Origin: a virus | Taxonomy: Duplodnaviria > Caudoviricetes | Length of the DNA: 64,000 nucleotides | Reading direction: 5' to 3' (one strand) | Virus record (IMG/VR): IMGVR_UViG_3300031993_000053 | Coordinates: 9,502-73,501 of that record | In this document: piece after piece, positions 9,239 to 18,869 of the stretch | Position numbering within the stretch: the first letter of the stretch is position 1 | Layout: each line of letters opens with the position of its first letter | Notes under the pieces: model-generated | Seen by the model: only the letters and a program-made list of their open reading frames with translations | Told to the model about the DNA's origin: nothing | Database searches by the model: none | Made by a program: the position numbers and the translations under genes

Positions 9239-9574
9239 ATGATTTATCAAGTGTATATGGGTTCTGATGTAATTAATTCATCAGTTCCACCAGAAAATAA
9301 AATTGGACAATTTAATTCTTATGATGAAGCATTAAAACAATATAGAAAATGTCAAAAAAGATGTAAAGAAATGTGTGAAGAAGAATGCTATAAATATAAT
9401 AGAAATTATTGTTATATGATTGAAATTAATCCAAATAAAAAATTATATGGATATATAAAAGGAATGAAAATTGATAATGGCTATGATTCGCGTACTGTTA
9501 TGTGGAATAGTTATTCAGCATATCCAAGTATTCATAATATGAGCCATAATGAAGAAGGATACAGCAAATATTAA
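9239..9574 (+). CDS. hypothetical protein
   Basis: ORF track, AGGTGA RBS. Confidence 0.6.
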   Translation: MIYQVYMGSDVINSSVPPENKIGQFNSYDEALKQYRKCQKRCKEMCEEECYKYNRNYCYMIEINPNKKLYGYIKGMKIDNGYDSRTVMWNSYSAYPSIHNMSHNEEGYSKY

Positions 9575-9585
9575 GGAGGACATAA

Positions 9586-9915
9586 ATGTTTTATTTAACT
9601 GAAGACGGAACTTTATATGATAATACAAAAGATGAATTACCGAATCTTGAACCTCATATAAGAGCTGCAAATAATATTTTTAAGTTATTGCAAATGTATG
9701 ATTTTGTTTATACTCAATCTGAAAAAGGTGAAGATGTTGGTTTTGTTACAGAGACAACACAAGATTATTTTGTTGTTACATTTACTCATAGAAATACAAA
9801 AGTAAAATTTAAATATGAGGACGATAAAAAGTTAAGATTAATAAAAGAATTATGGACTCGTACTAATGCTAAAACATTTAGAAGATTTTGGATTAGTGAA
9901 GACTATTTAAAATGA
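9586..9915 (+). CDS. hypothetical phage protein
   Basis: ORF track, AGGAGG RBS. Confidence 0.65.
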   Translation: MFYLTEDGTLYDNTKDELPNLEPHIRAANNIFKLLQMYDFVYTQSEKGEDVGFVTETTQDYFVVTFTHRNTKVKFKYEDDKKLRLIKELWTRTNAKTFRRFWISEDYLK

Positions 9916-10068
9916 CTTTGTGGAGATGTTATTGTCAATTATTAAGGTTTTAAAAAATAAAGCTCCCAGAAACTAGTTATTTTTGTCAGAATGTCAGTGA
10001 AAATAAGGGGTTTTATTTTTGCCTAAAATATGATATAATATTATTACAATAGAAAGGATACAATAAGT

Positions 10069-11775
10069 ATGAGCACTAAATTAGATAAAATTATTAATAG
10101 TGTTAATACAGCAGAATTAATGACAAGAAGTTTGAGTGAATGGAAATCAATACTTGCAAGAGAATGTCAAGTATTTGTAGTTAATGAAAACTATCTTGCT
10201 AAAAGATTTGATCAAATTAATTATAAATTTTGTGAAGTCGATGAAGCAAGGCAGGTATTAATTGATAATCTATATGCACTCCTTCGTTATAAATATTTTA
10301 CTAAAATTGATGATGAAGCTGAAAAGCGAATTACTGAAATTGTTAAATTTTTTACTACTAATTTAAAAACATCTTTAATAAGAGCAAGTTTTGATTTTGA
10401 TACTGATGCTGAAAAAATAAGCTTTTTAGAAAATGGACAAGTAGCATTCAGAAATGGAGTATTTGATTTTAAAAAAAATGATTGGCTATTTAAATATACA
10501 GTTATTAATATTCCTGAAATATCAAACAATATCTATGTTTATCCAACTCAATATATAGTTCAATGGTATTTTAATTTTAACTTTGATCCATTTCCATTAA
10601 ATGTTAATGAATTTTCTGTTGAAGATTTTTTAGATTTTATGAAAGATTGGAATAAAGAAAATAGAAATTATTGCTTTGAATTATTATATAATATGTCACA
10701 TGATGAATCTCATAAATTTAGTATAAAAAAGTTTAAACACTTATGTGAGATATTAGGATATTCATTATTACAAACATTTAGTCAAAACTTTGTTTTATTA
10801 ATTGGATCTGGACAAAATGGTAAAAATTCATTATTTGATGGCTGCTTTACAAACCGTCTTGTTCCAAGACCAGCAGCAAATAGTTTAGATGAAATTGAAG
10901 AAGATAAATTTGTTACTGGAACTTTAGAAAATGTTGCTCATAATATTTTCTTAGAAACATCAGCTAAAACTTATACAGAGTCTAAAATGATTAAAGCTTT
11001 AACTGGATCAATGTATCAAACAGTTCAAAACAAAGGTGTTTCTAAATATTCATCTATTATAAATTGTAAATATATTTTTGCTGGTAATGATCAAGATAAA
11101 ATTAAATTTTCTGATAATACAAATGGTTTTAGAAGAAGAATAAATATTTATGAAATCTTTTATCGCTGGGATCCAATGAAAAATTTCTTAAAGCGTGGAG
11201 ATTATTTTGATACGTCTTTTTCTGATGATTTACATGAATTAAAAAATGATATACTAAATACAATCGTATATATTTATTTTGGTATTTATGGTATTTTATC
11301 AGCAACTAAAAACTTTGAAGGTAATTTTAAATTTACAGCAAATGATTGGAAATTAAATTATTCTGATATTGATTTTGATCTTAAAGAATGTATTGAAAAT
11401 GTTACATTAGAAAAGATTGCAACATTTATTAAATCAAGCACTAAAAATTATTCTGATGGACGATCTTTACTTTATGATTTAAATAGAGAAAAATTATATC
11501 TATCTAAAACAATTAAAAATGTTGGCGTTCATAATTTTGAAGATATGGTTAAAATGTTTAGTGTAGATGAAGAATCTTGCTTGACATATTTTTCTGAATA
11601 TGATGTTTATATTGATTTAAAATTATTGCAATCAATTTGTAATTATAATGGACCTTCGGCTAATTTTATATCATCAATTAAAAAATTATATCAATTAACA
11701 GATACAGTTCAAATCGGTTCAAGACCATGTATTAAAGTTGGATTTGTTAATAATAAATTAAGGGTGATTGTATAA
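10069..11775 (+). CDS. SF3 (D5-like) replicative helicase
   Basis: D5-N-like VAFRNGVFDF; Walker A LIGSGQNGKN; motif C IFAGND; NGFRRRI. Confidence 0.85.
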   Translation: MSTKLDKIINSVNTAELMTRSLSEWKSILARECQVFVVNENYLAKRFDQINYKFCEVDEARQVLIDNLYALLRYKYFTKIDDEAEKRITEIVKFFTTNLKTSLIRASFDFDTDAEKISFLENGQVAFRNGVFDFKKNDWLFKYTVINIPEISNNIYVYPTQYIVQWYFNFNFDPFPLNVNEFSVEDFLDFMKDWNKENRNYCFELLYNMSHDESHKFSIKKFKHLCEILGYSLLQTFSQNFVLLIGSGQNGKNSLFDGCFTNRLVPRPAANSLDEIEEDKFVTGTLENVAHNIFLETSAKTYTESKMIKALTGSMYQTVQNKGVSKYSSIINCKYIFAGNDQDKIKFSDNTNGFRRRINIYEIFYRWDPMKNFLKRGDYFDTSFSDDLHELKNDILNTIVYIYFGIYGILSATKNFEGNFKFTANDWKLNYSDIDFDLKECIENVTLEKIATFIKSSTKNYSDGRSLLYDLNREKLYLSKTIKNVGVHNFEDMVKMFSVDEESCLTYFSEYDVYIDLKLLQSICNYNGPSANFISSIKKLYQLTDTVQIGSRPCIKVGFVNNKLRVIV

Positions 11776-12464
11776 TGGATGAAAATAAAACTCAAACAAT
11801 ATATGTTCCTGTTAATGCTGAAGATGAACAAAGAGAATATCTTGCAAAATTAAATACTGATCCTGAATATTCGCTTGAAGTTGATCCTACTAATAAATAT
11901 TCTTTATCTAATGATCAAAAGAGTTTTGTTAAATTATTTCTTCAATATAATAATATTCCAATTGTTTGTGAATTATTACATATTGAAGAGAGTGTAGCAC
12001 GAGGATATTTATTACAAGTTGATATTCAAAATGAATTGAATCGTATTAAACGAGCAAGATATCATCGACAATTTGCAAATAAATTGTTAGATGTAAATCA
12101 AGTTGGTGGATATTTAAGTAGCTTGTTAACAGATGAAAATGTTCCAGTTTATGAACAGTTATCAATGAAACAAAAATTACATGTAGCTGAATTAATTATT
12201 AAAATAAATGATATGAAAAATAAAGCTATAGATAATCCAAGAGATTTTATTGAAACAAAAGCTGTTGAAGAACAAGTTAAAGAAATGTCTCCAAAAGATA
12301 TTAAAAAATTAATTAATTCATCGCAAGATAAAAAAACTAGTCTTGAAAAAGAATTAATTATTACTCAACTAAATAAGGATAATGATTTGACTGATGAAGA
12401 TATTGAATATTTAAGATCTTTATCTCTTGATGAATTAAAGAAGTTAAATCAAGGTGAATCATAA
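11775..12464 (+). CDS. putative terminase small subunit
   Basis: LSNDQKSFVKLFL... HTH-like pattern followed by 'KLLDVNQVGGYLSSLL' and 'KLHVAELI' helices typical of TerS. Confidence 0.45.
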   Translation: MDENKTQTIYVPVNAEDEQREYLAKLNTDPEYSLEVDPTNKYSLSNDQKSFVKLFLQYNNIPIVCELLHIEESVARGYLLQVDIQNELNRIKRARYHRQFANKLLDVNQVGGYLSSLLTDENVPVYEQLSMKQKLHVAELIIKINDMKNKAIDNPRDFIETKAVEEQVKEMSPKDIKKLINSSQDKKTSLEKELIITQLNKDNDLTDEDIEYLRSLSLDELKKLNQGES

Positions 12465-12709
12465 TGTATATTACACAACAAGCATTAGATATTGCAGGCG
12501 TCACTTATGATGAATATTTAACTTGGTGTGAAGAAAATAACAAACTACCATACAAAGAAAAAGTTAGAAATGAATTTTTTAAACGAATATTTGATGGACG
12601 AATTGTTAGAGATAGTAAAACTCAACGGCTTATTAATAAGCATAGAATAGGATATAATAATAGTGATGAAGATGATGAGGAGTATTATTATGAAGACACA
12701 GACTCATAA
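12464..12709 (+). CDS. hypothetical protein
   Basis: ORF track. Confidence 0.6.
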   Translation: MYITQQALDIAGVTYDEYLTWCEENNKLPYKEKVRNEFFKRIFDGRIVRDSKTQRLINKHRIGYNNSDEDDEEYYYEDTDS

Positions 12710-12896
12710 ATTATATGTTTATAAAAAGAAAAAATTAAGGCCAGCTCTTGTTGTTGAATTAAATGAACAAGATATAACACGATATATGAATGATTTATAT
12801 AATCAATTAGATAAAAATGTTGATAATAAATATTTATATATTAAGCCACAAGTTTTAATTTTAAAAGAAGGAATTGAAAAAATAATTATTAATTAA
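12690..12896 (+). CDS. hypothetical protein
   Basis: ORF track; start moved to ATG12690 after GAGGAG. Confidence 0.5.
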   Translation: MKTQTHKLYVYKKKKLRPALVVELNEQDITRYMNDLYNQLDKNVDNKYLYIKPQVLILKEGIEKIIIN

Positions 12897-12901
12897 TTTA
12901 G

Positions 12902-12930
12902 TAGACACTTAAAGAAAAGTATAGTATAAT
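12902..12930 (+). promoter_or_regulatory. canonical sigma70/sigmaA promoter
   Basis: TAGACA-N17-TATAAT. Confidence 0.8.
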
Positions 12931-13067
12931 ATAAATAGAAAAAATGTATAATTTTTTCCGTTTGCAAGTATCTTGTCCTCAAGATACAAACTCCTTTCTT
13001 TAAGTGTGCTATGTTATTAATTTAATTAATAATGTAGCATTTTTTATTATAAAAATAAGGAGAACGT

Positions 13068-14180
13068 ATGAAATTATCACATTCAAAATTATCTTTAATT
13101 TTAACTTGTCCAATGAGTTATTATTTAAATTATAAACAAGGAATTAAATTAAAAGATGAAAAAGCAGCATTTGCTATTGGTTCAGCCGTTCACTGGGGTA
13201 TTGAACATAACACCGAAGATTTAACAGATTATTATAAAGAAAAAGGAATTTTTCAATCTGATTATGGTAAAGATGAACTTTTAGCAGAATCAATGGTTCA
13301 TGGTTATTTAAAGCATAAAGATGAACTATTTAAGGATTTATTACAAGATTTAGAAGAACCAGATAAACAATTAGAATTATTAGAAGAAATTCATGAATTA
13401 GAAATTACAGCACCATTAAAAAGTAATAAATATAAAGAACCTCATGAATTTTTAGGAATTATTGACTTATTGTTATTAACTAATAAAGGATTTATTATTG
13501 TTGACTATAAAACTAGTTCACAAACGCCAGATTGGGATAAATATTTAGAGCAAATTTATCGATACATCTTTTTGGTAAAGCATGAATTTCCAGATATTCC
13601 AATTTATAAAATTGGTATAATTAATCTTAAAAAGTCAATGATTAGAATCAAAAAAGATGAGAATAATGAAAGTTTCTTATTAAGATTACGTAGAGAATAT
13701 GATATTAATGAAGATTTAATAAATAGTCATATATTTATTAGGCAAGATTTAGATGAACAATTAATTAATGATTATATTGAAAATCTATCTAATATGGCTG
13801 ATATGGCACAATTTATTGATGAAAATGAAGCTTACTATATTAATTATCCTAATGCTATGGGAATTATTTATGGTAAATCTGATTATTATAATATCTTCTT
13901 TAATACTCAAGATTGTTATATATTATATAAAATTAAAGATAAAACTTTAGATGAAGATGGTAATATTTTAACTGAACGTGATTGTTTACCAATTGATATG
14001 AAGGTAATTAAATCAAAAAACGTATTAAACCATTACGATATGTTCATCGAAAAATATCCAGTAGATCTAACAGATAAAGAAGCAGTATTTAATTACTTTA
14101 AAAAGAATTTTATAACTGATGATTATCTATTAGAAAAATATTGGGAATTATTTGAGGTGGAGATGCGTAATGCCAGCTAG
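13068..14180 (+). CDS. PD-(D/E)XK exonuclease (RecB/Cas4-like)
   Basis: LSHSKL...CP...Y; GSAVH; GIIDLL; IVDYKT; Q...Y. Confidence 0.85.
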   Translation: MKLSHSKLSLILTCPMSYYLNYKQGIKLKDEKAAFAIGSAVHWGIEHNTEDLTDYYKEKGIFQSDYGKDELLAESMVHGYLKHKDELFKDLLQDLEEPDKQLELLEEIHELEITAPLKSNKYKEPHEFLGIIDLLLLTNKGFIIVDYKTSSQTPDWDKYLEQIYRYIFLVKHEFPDIPIYKIGIINLKKSMIRIKKDENNESFLLRLRREYDINEDLINSHIFIRQDLDEQLINDYIENLSNMADMAQFIDENEAYYINYPNAMGIIYGKSDYYNIFFNTQDCYILYKIKDKTLDEDGNILTERDCLPIDMKVIKSKNVLNHYDMFIEKYPVDLTDKEAVFNYFKKNFITDDYLLEKYWELFEVEMRNAS

Positions 14181-14514
14181 AAATATTAAAGTTTTATCAC
14201 AAGAAGAATTAGATTATTTAAATTCAATTTATACATTTGAATATGAAGATAATATGGTTGCTGTTATGTGTAAAAATAGAATTGCAATTCATAATGCAGA
14301 TCAAAAGTTTACAATATCAACACCAATTAGTAAAATAACGCTAACTCTTGATGCTATTGAATATTGGAAAAGGCAAAGACATAATCATGTAAGTTATTCT
14401 TTATTTGATATCCAAAATACAATGAACTTATTAAAAGTTATTTATCAAGAAGTTAATTATGAAAACGTTATGAACTATTTAAGAAATGACATAAAACAAA
14501 TTAAAAACATTTAA
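14170..14514 (+). CDS. hypothetical protein
   Basis: ORF track; GAGGTGG RBS before ATG14170. Confidence 0.65.
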   Translation: MPARNIKVLSQEELDYLNSIYTFEYEDNMVAVMCKNRIAIHNADQKFTISTPISKITLTLDAIEYWKRQRHNHVSYSLFDIQNTMNLLKVIYQEVNYENVMNYLRNDIKQIKNI

Positions 14515-14528
14515 GGAAAGGAGAAATT

Positions 14529-15626
14529 ATGTCAAAAAAGATTAAATTAGGTTTATTTGCTGAACCAGGAACTGGTAAATCAGTATTTGCATTTGGTGCT
14601 TCTAAGCCATTCTTTATTTGTACAGATGGCAACTATGAATGGTTAGAAGATTGGGGAGCTAAAGAAGAAGATCATAAACAAGTCTACTCTTGGGCTGAAG
14701 CTAAAAATTTAATCAATGAAATGGTTAATACTCCTAAATATAATAAGTATGATACTATTGTTATTGATTTACTTGAAGACTTATTCAAGTGGTGTGAAAA
14801 AGAATGGGTTGAAAAGAATAATCTTCAACATGTTGGTGATTTAGGATTTGGTAAAGGTTATGATATTACAAGAAGTGAATTCTTTATTGAAATTTGTAAA
14901 TTACTTAACTTAGATAAAAATGTTATTTTAATCATGCATGGACTTGCTAAAACAGTCAAAGACCGTCGTGGTGTTGAATATACTAAGTATGTTCCAACGG
15001 ATAAGATTCCAGAAAAGTTATTAAATCAAATTGAAGGCCGCGTTAGATATTTCTTACGTGCATTTGCTGTAACAGAAGAATCTTCTGATGGTAAATTAAT
15101 TGTCAATCGTTATTTAAGTTTAAGTCCAGATGGAACAACTGAATATGGTATTACAAGAGGATTAGATTCAACAAAGATTCCAAGATATATTCCACTTGAT
15201 TGGAACACTTTCTATGCTATTGCAACAGATCCTAAATATAGACCAGAAGGTAATACTAATCCGATTAAAGATTCTGCTGAGCCAAAAGTAGAAGTTAAAC
15301 TTCCAAAAGTTAATAAACAAAATCCAGTTGAAGATTTAGTTGATGAAGTAGAAACTAAAACAGCAAAAGTATCAACAGAAACTAAACCTGAAGAAAACGT
15401 AGCAAGTTATACTGAAACAGCTGAACCAGGCGAACTTGAAAAGTTAGCAAATGCAGTTGATCCTTCAACAATTACTGATGAACAAATTGTAACACCAGTT
15501 GCTGATAAAGCAGGCGAAGCAGAAAAACCAGCTGAACCAGAAAAGCCAGTCGATAGACCAATGACTAATGCTGAAAAAATTGCGGCTCTTAAAGCTAAAA
15601 TGAAAGCTAAACAATTAGGAAATTAA
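14529..15626 (+). CDS. AAA_24 / Sak4-like ssDNA-annealing ATPase
   Basis: AEPGTGKS Walker A, TIVIDLL Walker B, GKGY; acidic Pro-rich tail. Confidence 0.8.
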   Translation: MSKKIKLGLFAEPGTGKSVFAFGASKPFFICTDGNYEWLEDWGAKEEDHKQVYSWAEAKNLINEMVNTPKYNKYDTIVIDLLEDLFKWCEKEWVEKNNLQHVGDLGFGKGYDITRSEFFIEICKLLNLDKNVILIMHGLAKTVKDRRGVEYTKYVPTDKIPEKLLNQIEGRVRYFLRAFAVTEESSDGKLIVNRYLSLSPDGTTEYGITRGLDSTKIPRYIPLDWNTFYAIATDPKYRPEGNTNPIKDSAEPKVEVKLPKVNKQNPVEDLVDEVETKTAKVSTETKPEENVASYTETAEPGELEKLANAVDPSTITDEQIVTPVADKAGEAEKPAEPEKPVDRPMTNAEKIAALKAKMKAKQLGN

Positions 15627-15646
15627 TTTAAAGAAAGGAAATAATT

Positions 15647-16198
15647 ATGAACGAAAATACAATTAATTTTGATCAATTAAATAGTTTATTAAATAGTGTT
15701 AAGTTAGATGATGTTAATGCAGAATCTAATGAAAATCAAAATAATAGTCTTCCTGATGGTTATTATTTATGCGAAGTAGCAAAAGCTGAACTTACAACAA
15801 GTAAATCAAGCAACAAACCAATGGCAGCATTTAGATTTAAAGCTGTTGAAGATGGTATTGGTACTGTTATTGAAAATGGATTTACTAAAAAAGTTAATAT
15901 TGAACACACTGCAAATAGAGTATTATTTAAATATTATGTTTTAGGAACTGAAGAAGATGTTAAAAAGTTTGTTTCAGATATGCTTAAATTTGAAGAACCT
16001 GGTAATGAAGGTGTTCCTCTACTAGATAAAGAAGTATTCTTAGATGGCGAGGTTTTAGGTGATGCTATTGAAGCATTAGAAGGTGCTAGACTCTATGTTC
16101 AAGTATCTAATACTGTTAAAAAGTCTACTGGTGAAGCTCAAACTTGGTATAGTTTAATCTCTTGGAAGCGTGCTAAAGGATTAGAATTGCCTCTATAA
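15647..16198 (+). CDS. DUF669-like single-stranded DNA-binding protein
   Basis: LPDGYY...KAELTTSKSSNKPM motif; follows Sak4-like gene. Confidence 0.7.
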   Translation: MNENTINFDQLNSLLNSVKLDDVNAESNENQNNSLPDGYYLCEVAKAELTTSKSSNKPMAAFRFKAVEDGIGTVIENGFTKKVNIEHTANRVLFKYYVLGTEEDVKKFVSDMLKFEEPGNEGVPLLDKEVFLDGEVLGDAIEALEGARLYVQVSNTVKKSTGEAQTWYSLISWKRAKGLELPL

Positions 16199-16200
16199 TT

Positions 16201-17091
16201 ATGTCTGCAAGAGATACATTAAAATTAATAAATACTACTAATCTTATTAGTGCTGGCTTAAAATATTGTTTGGTCAGCACTGATAAATTACCATTTAAAA
16301 TCAATGGTAAAATTTTACAACCTAATAATATTAATGATTTTGTATCTCTTAAAGAATTAGAAGATTGTAAAATTTTAGATGATTTTGCTGGTATTGGTAT
16401 TTCTATTCAAGGAAGTAATATTTGTGCAATAGATGTAGATCATTGTTTTTCTGTTCCATTTGATCAAAAATCGGCCGATAGGCGAGCTCTTGATGTTATA
16501 GAGAAATTTAAAAATATTGCATATATTGAATTTAGTTTTAGTGGGACAGGACTTAGATTATTATTTAAACATCCATTAATTGAATGTTATAGTAGATTAT
16601 TTTATATTAAAAATAGTAAAAATCAAATTGAATATTATGAGCCAAGTAAAAGTTATAGATATGTAACGCTTACTGGAAGGAGTATAATTAATAATAATAT
16701 TCATGAATGTCCAGATTCCATACTATATAATTTTCTCAATACTTATATGCTTAAGCCTATAAAAGATGACAGAAGCGAAATTTTAAGCCCTAAAATTGAA
16801 ACTAGATCTTTTGAAGAAATATTTGAAAATGTTAAGTATCATTATTTAACAAATCATGTATTTCAAGATAGATGGTTTGGAAAGGCACCTGGTGCTGGAA
16901 AAGATGAAAGTGAAAGAGATTATTATATAATAAATTATATTTATACAAATATTACACAAGATAAAAAAATGATTAAACAAATATTTGAATCAAGTCCTTA
17001 CTTTAAAAGTAAAGATCATCAACATGTGTATAAATGGAATTATAATGATAACCGTTATCTTAATTTCATTTATGATCAAATAAGGAGATAA
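16201..17091 (+). CDS. primase-polymerase (AEP superfamily)
   Basis: AIDVDHC, YIEFSFSGTGLR, IEYY...RYVTLTG, C-terminal DESERD helical domain. Confidence 0.8.
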   Translation: MSARDTLKLINTTNLISAGLKYCLVSTDKLPFKINGKILQPNNINDFVSLKELEDCKILDDFAGIGISIQGSNICAIDVDHCFSVPFDQKSADRRALDVIEKFKNIAYIEFSFSGTGLRLLFKHPLIECYSRLFYIKNSKNQIEYYEPSKSYRYVTLTGRSIINNNIHECPDSILYNFLNTYMLKPIKDDRSEILSPKIETRSFEEIFENVKYHYLTNHVFQDRWFGKAPGAGKDESERDYYIINYIYTNITQDKKMIKQIFESSPYFKSKDHQHVYKWNYNDNRYLNFIYDQIRR

Positions 17092-17092
17092 T

Positions 17093-17419
17093 ATGAATAA
17101 TAAAGATTTTGAAAAATTAGTTGATGAACAATTTGAAATGTGTAAATCTGTTTTATGTAATAAATCTAAAGAATATGATTTTGGCGAAGATAGATTACAT
17201 AGTTTTAAAGTTGCTAGCCAGCTTTTAAAAAGCACGCCAGAAGAAGCTTTAATGGGATATTTAACTAAACATATTATGAGCTTATATGATATGGTGCCAG
17301 AAATTGATAAGTTTAGTTATGATAAATTTAATGAAAAAATAGTCGATATTTTAAATTATTGTTTATTATTAAAAGGTCTTCTTTATGAAAGGAAAAAGAT
17401 TGATGAGTCAAGCAGATAA
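17093..17419 (+). CDS. DUF1599 / nucleotide-modification-associated (MazG-like) protein
   Basis: KSKEY...DRLHSFK...TKH..S..D...EKIVD..NY pattern. Confidence 0.65.
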   Translation: MNNKDFEKLVDEQFEMCKSVLCNKSKEYDFGEDRLHSFKVASQLLKSTPEEALMGYLTKHIMSLYDMVPEIDKFSYDKFNEKIVDILNYCLLLKGLLYERKKIDESSR

Positions 17420-18242
17420 ATATTTTATTGAAGAAACTTTTGATCTTTTAACAAAAGGATTTAACGATAAAGATTTTAATGTTAGGCCACATTGGTCTGA
17501 TGGAACTCCTGCTCATACAATTAAAACTTTTTGTAGAATTAATAGATATGATTTATCAAAAGAATTTCCGATCCTTACATTAAGAAAAGCTCCATTTAAT
17601 TATGCAGTAAAAGAAATATTATGGATTTTTCAAAAAAAATCAAATAATATAAATGATCTTGATAGTCATAATTGGGATTCATGGGCAGATGAAAATGGAT
17701 CAATTGGAAAAACATATGGTTATGTAGCAGGCGAAAAATATGAATATCCAGAAGGATTAATGGACCAAGTTGATAATGTTCTTTGGTGCTTAAAAAATAG
17801 ACCAATGGATAGGCGAATGATAATTCAATTATTTAGACCAGAATATATAAAAGAATCTGGTTTGCCGCCATGCTTGTGTTCATATTTTTTTGATGTTGCT
17901 GGAGATAAATTAAATATGACTGTTATTATGCGTAGCTGTGATATGCTAAGTGCAGCAGGAGCTGGTGAATCTGATGAAATTGGAATGGCAATTTTACAGC
18001 ATATGTTTGCGCAAGTATCTAATTTAAAAGTTGGCGAATTAGTAGTTATTAAAAATAATTTTCATGTTTATGATAGGCATTTAGATATTGTTAAAAAAAT
18101 ATGTAATAATAAAGCCTATGTAGCACCAACATTTTGGATAAATCCAGAAATTAAAAATTTTTATGATTTTAAGCCTGAAGATTTTAAACTTATCGATTAT
18201 AATTATACAAAATTAGAAGAAAAAATTGAGGTAGCAATATGA
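17403..18242 (+). CDS. thyA: thymidylate synthase superfamily enzyme (N->D variant; possible dCMP (hydroxy)methylase)
   Basis: RRM, LPPC (catalytic Cys), RSCD, HVYDRH; specificity Asn position reads Asp (GAGESDEIG). Confidence 0.85.
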   Translation: MSQADKYFIEETFDLLTKGFNDKDFNVRPHWSDGTPAHTIKTFCRINRYDLSKEFPILTLRKAPFNYAVKEILWIFQKKSNNINDLDSHNWDSWADENGSIGKTYGYVAGEKYEYPEGLMDQVDNVLWCLKNRPMDRRMIIQLFRPEYIKESGLPPCLCSYFFDVAGDKLNMTVIMRSCDMLSAAGAGESDEIGMAILQHMFAQVSNLKVGELVVIKNNFHVYDRHLDIVKKICNNKAYVAPTFWINPEIKNFYDFKPEDFKLIDYNYTKLEEKIEVAI

Positions 18243-18655
18243 AAATTAAATTATTAGGTGATACTAAATGTCCTGAACGTAAAAGAAAAAATGATTGTGG
18301 TTGGGACTTTTATCTAAATGATTTTGTTTGTTTTCATAAGGGTGAAACAACAACTGTTGATACTGGCGTTTGTGTTGAGATTCCTGAAGGTTGGGCTGGA
18401 TTATTTGCATTAAGAAGCTCAATTTGTAAAACTGGTTTAACTCTTCAAAATCCATTAGTGGATAACAATTATAGAGGTGAACTTCATCTTTTAATAACGA
18501 ATAATACAGATAAAGATTTTTGTTTTTATAAGGGTGATAGAATTGCATCATTATATTGTTTTCCATACTTAACTGAAGATTTAGAAATTGTTGAAGAATT
18601 AAGTGAAACAGATCGTGGAGATAAATGGAACGGAAGTTCCAATCAGATAGCTTAG
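18239..18655 (+). CDS. dut: trimeric dUTPase family protein
   Basis: Motifs CGWDF, RSS, VDNNYRGE, GDRIASL, RG..WNGSS. Confidence 0.85.
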   Translation: MKIKLLGDTKCPERKRKNDCGWDFYLNDFVCFHKGETTTVDTGVCVEIPEGWAGLFALRSSICKTGLTLQNPLVDNNYRGELHLLITNNTDKDFCFYKGDRIASLYCFPYLTEDLEIVEELSETDRGDKWNGSSNQIA

Positions 18656-18701
18656 AGGCTCTTAGCTTCGCTAGAGCTCCTAAACTATTTATATAAAGCC
18701 A

Positions 18702-18730
18702 TTTACAAATTTGATAAAACATGATATAAT
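18702..18730 (+). promoter_or_regulatory. canonical promoter upstream of GIY-YIG/pol
   Basis: TTTACA-N17-TATAAT with TG extension. Confidence 0.8.
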
Positions 18731-18869
18731 ATTTATATAGCCAAGACACAATTAATAAATAAAGCTTTAATTATAGCATATTATGTGAATGTGTCTTGGC
18801 GGATAAAACCATATAATATGCTATCATTAAAGCTTTATTTTTAATTTATAGAAAGGTTATATAAATATT

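Noticed and set aside
12690-12896. MazF/PemK-like toxin (RPALVV)
   Set aside because: Only a 6-aa match; too short and lacks the rest of the fold
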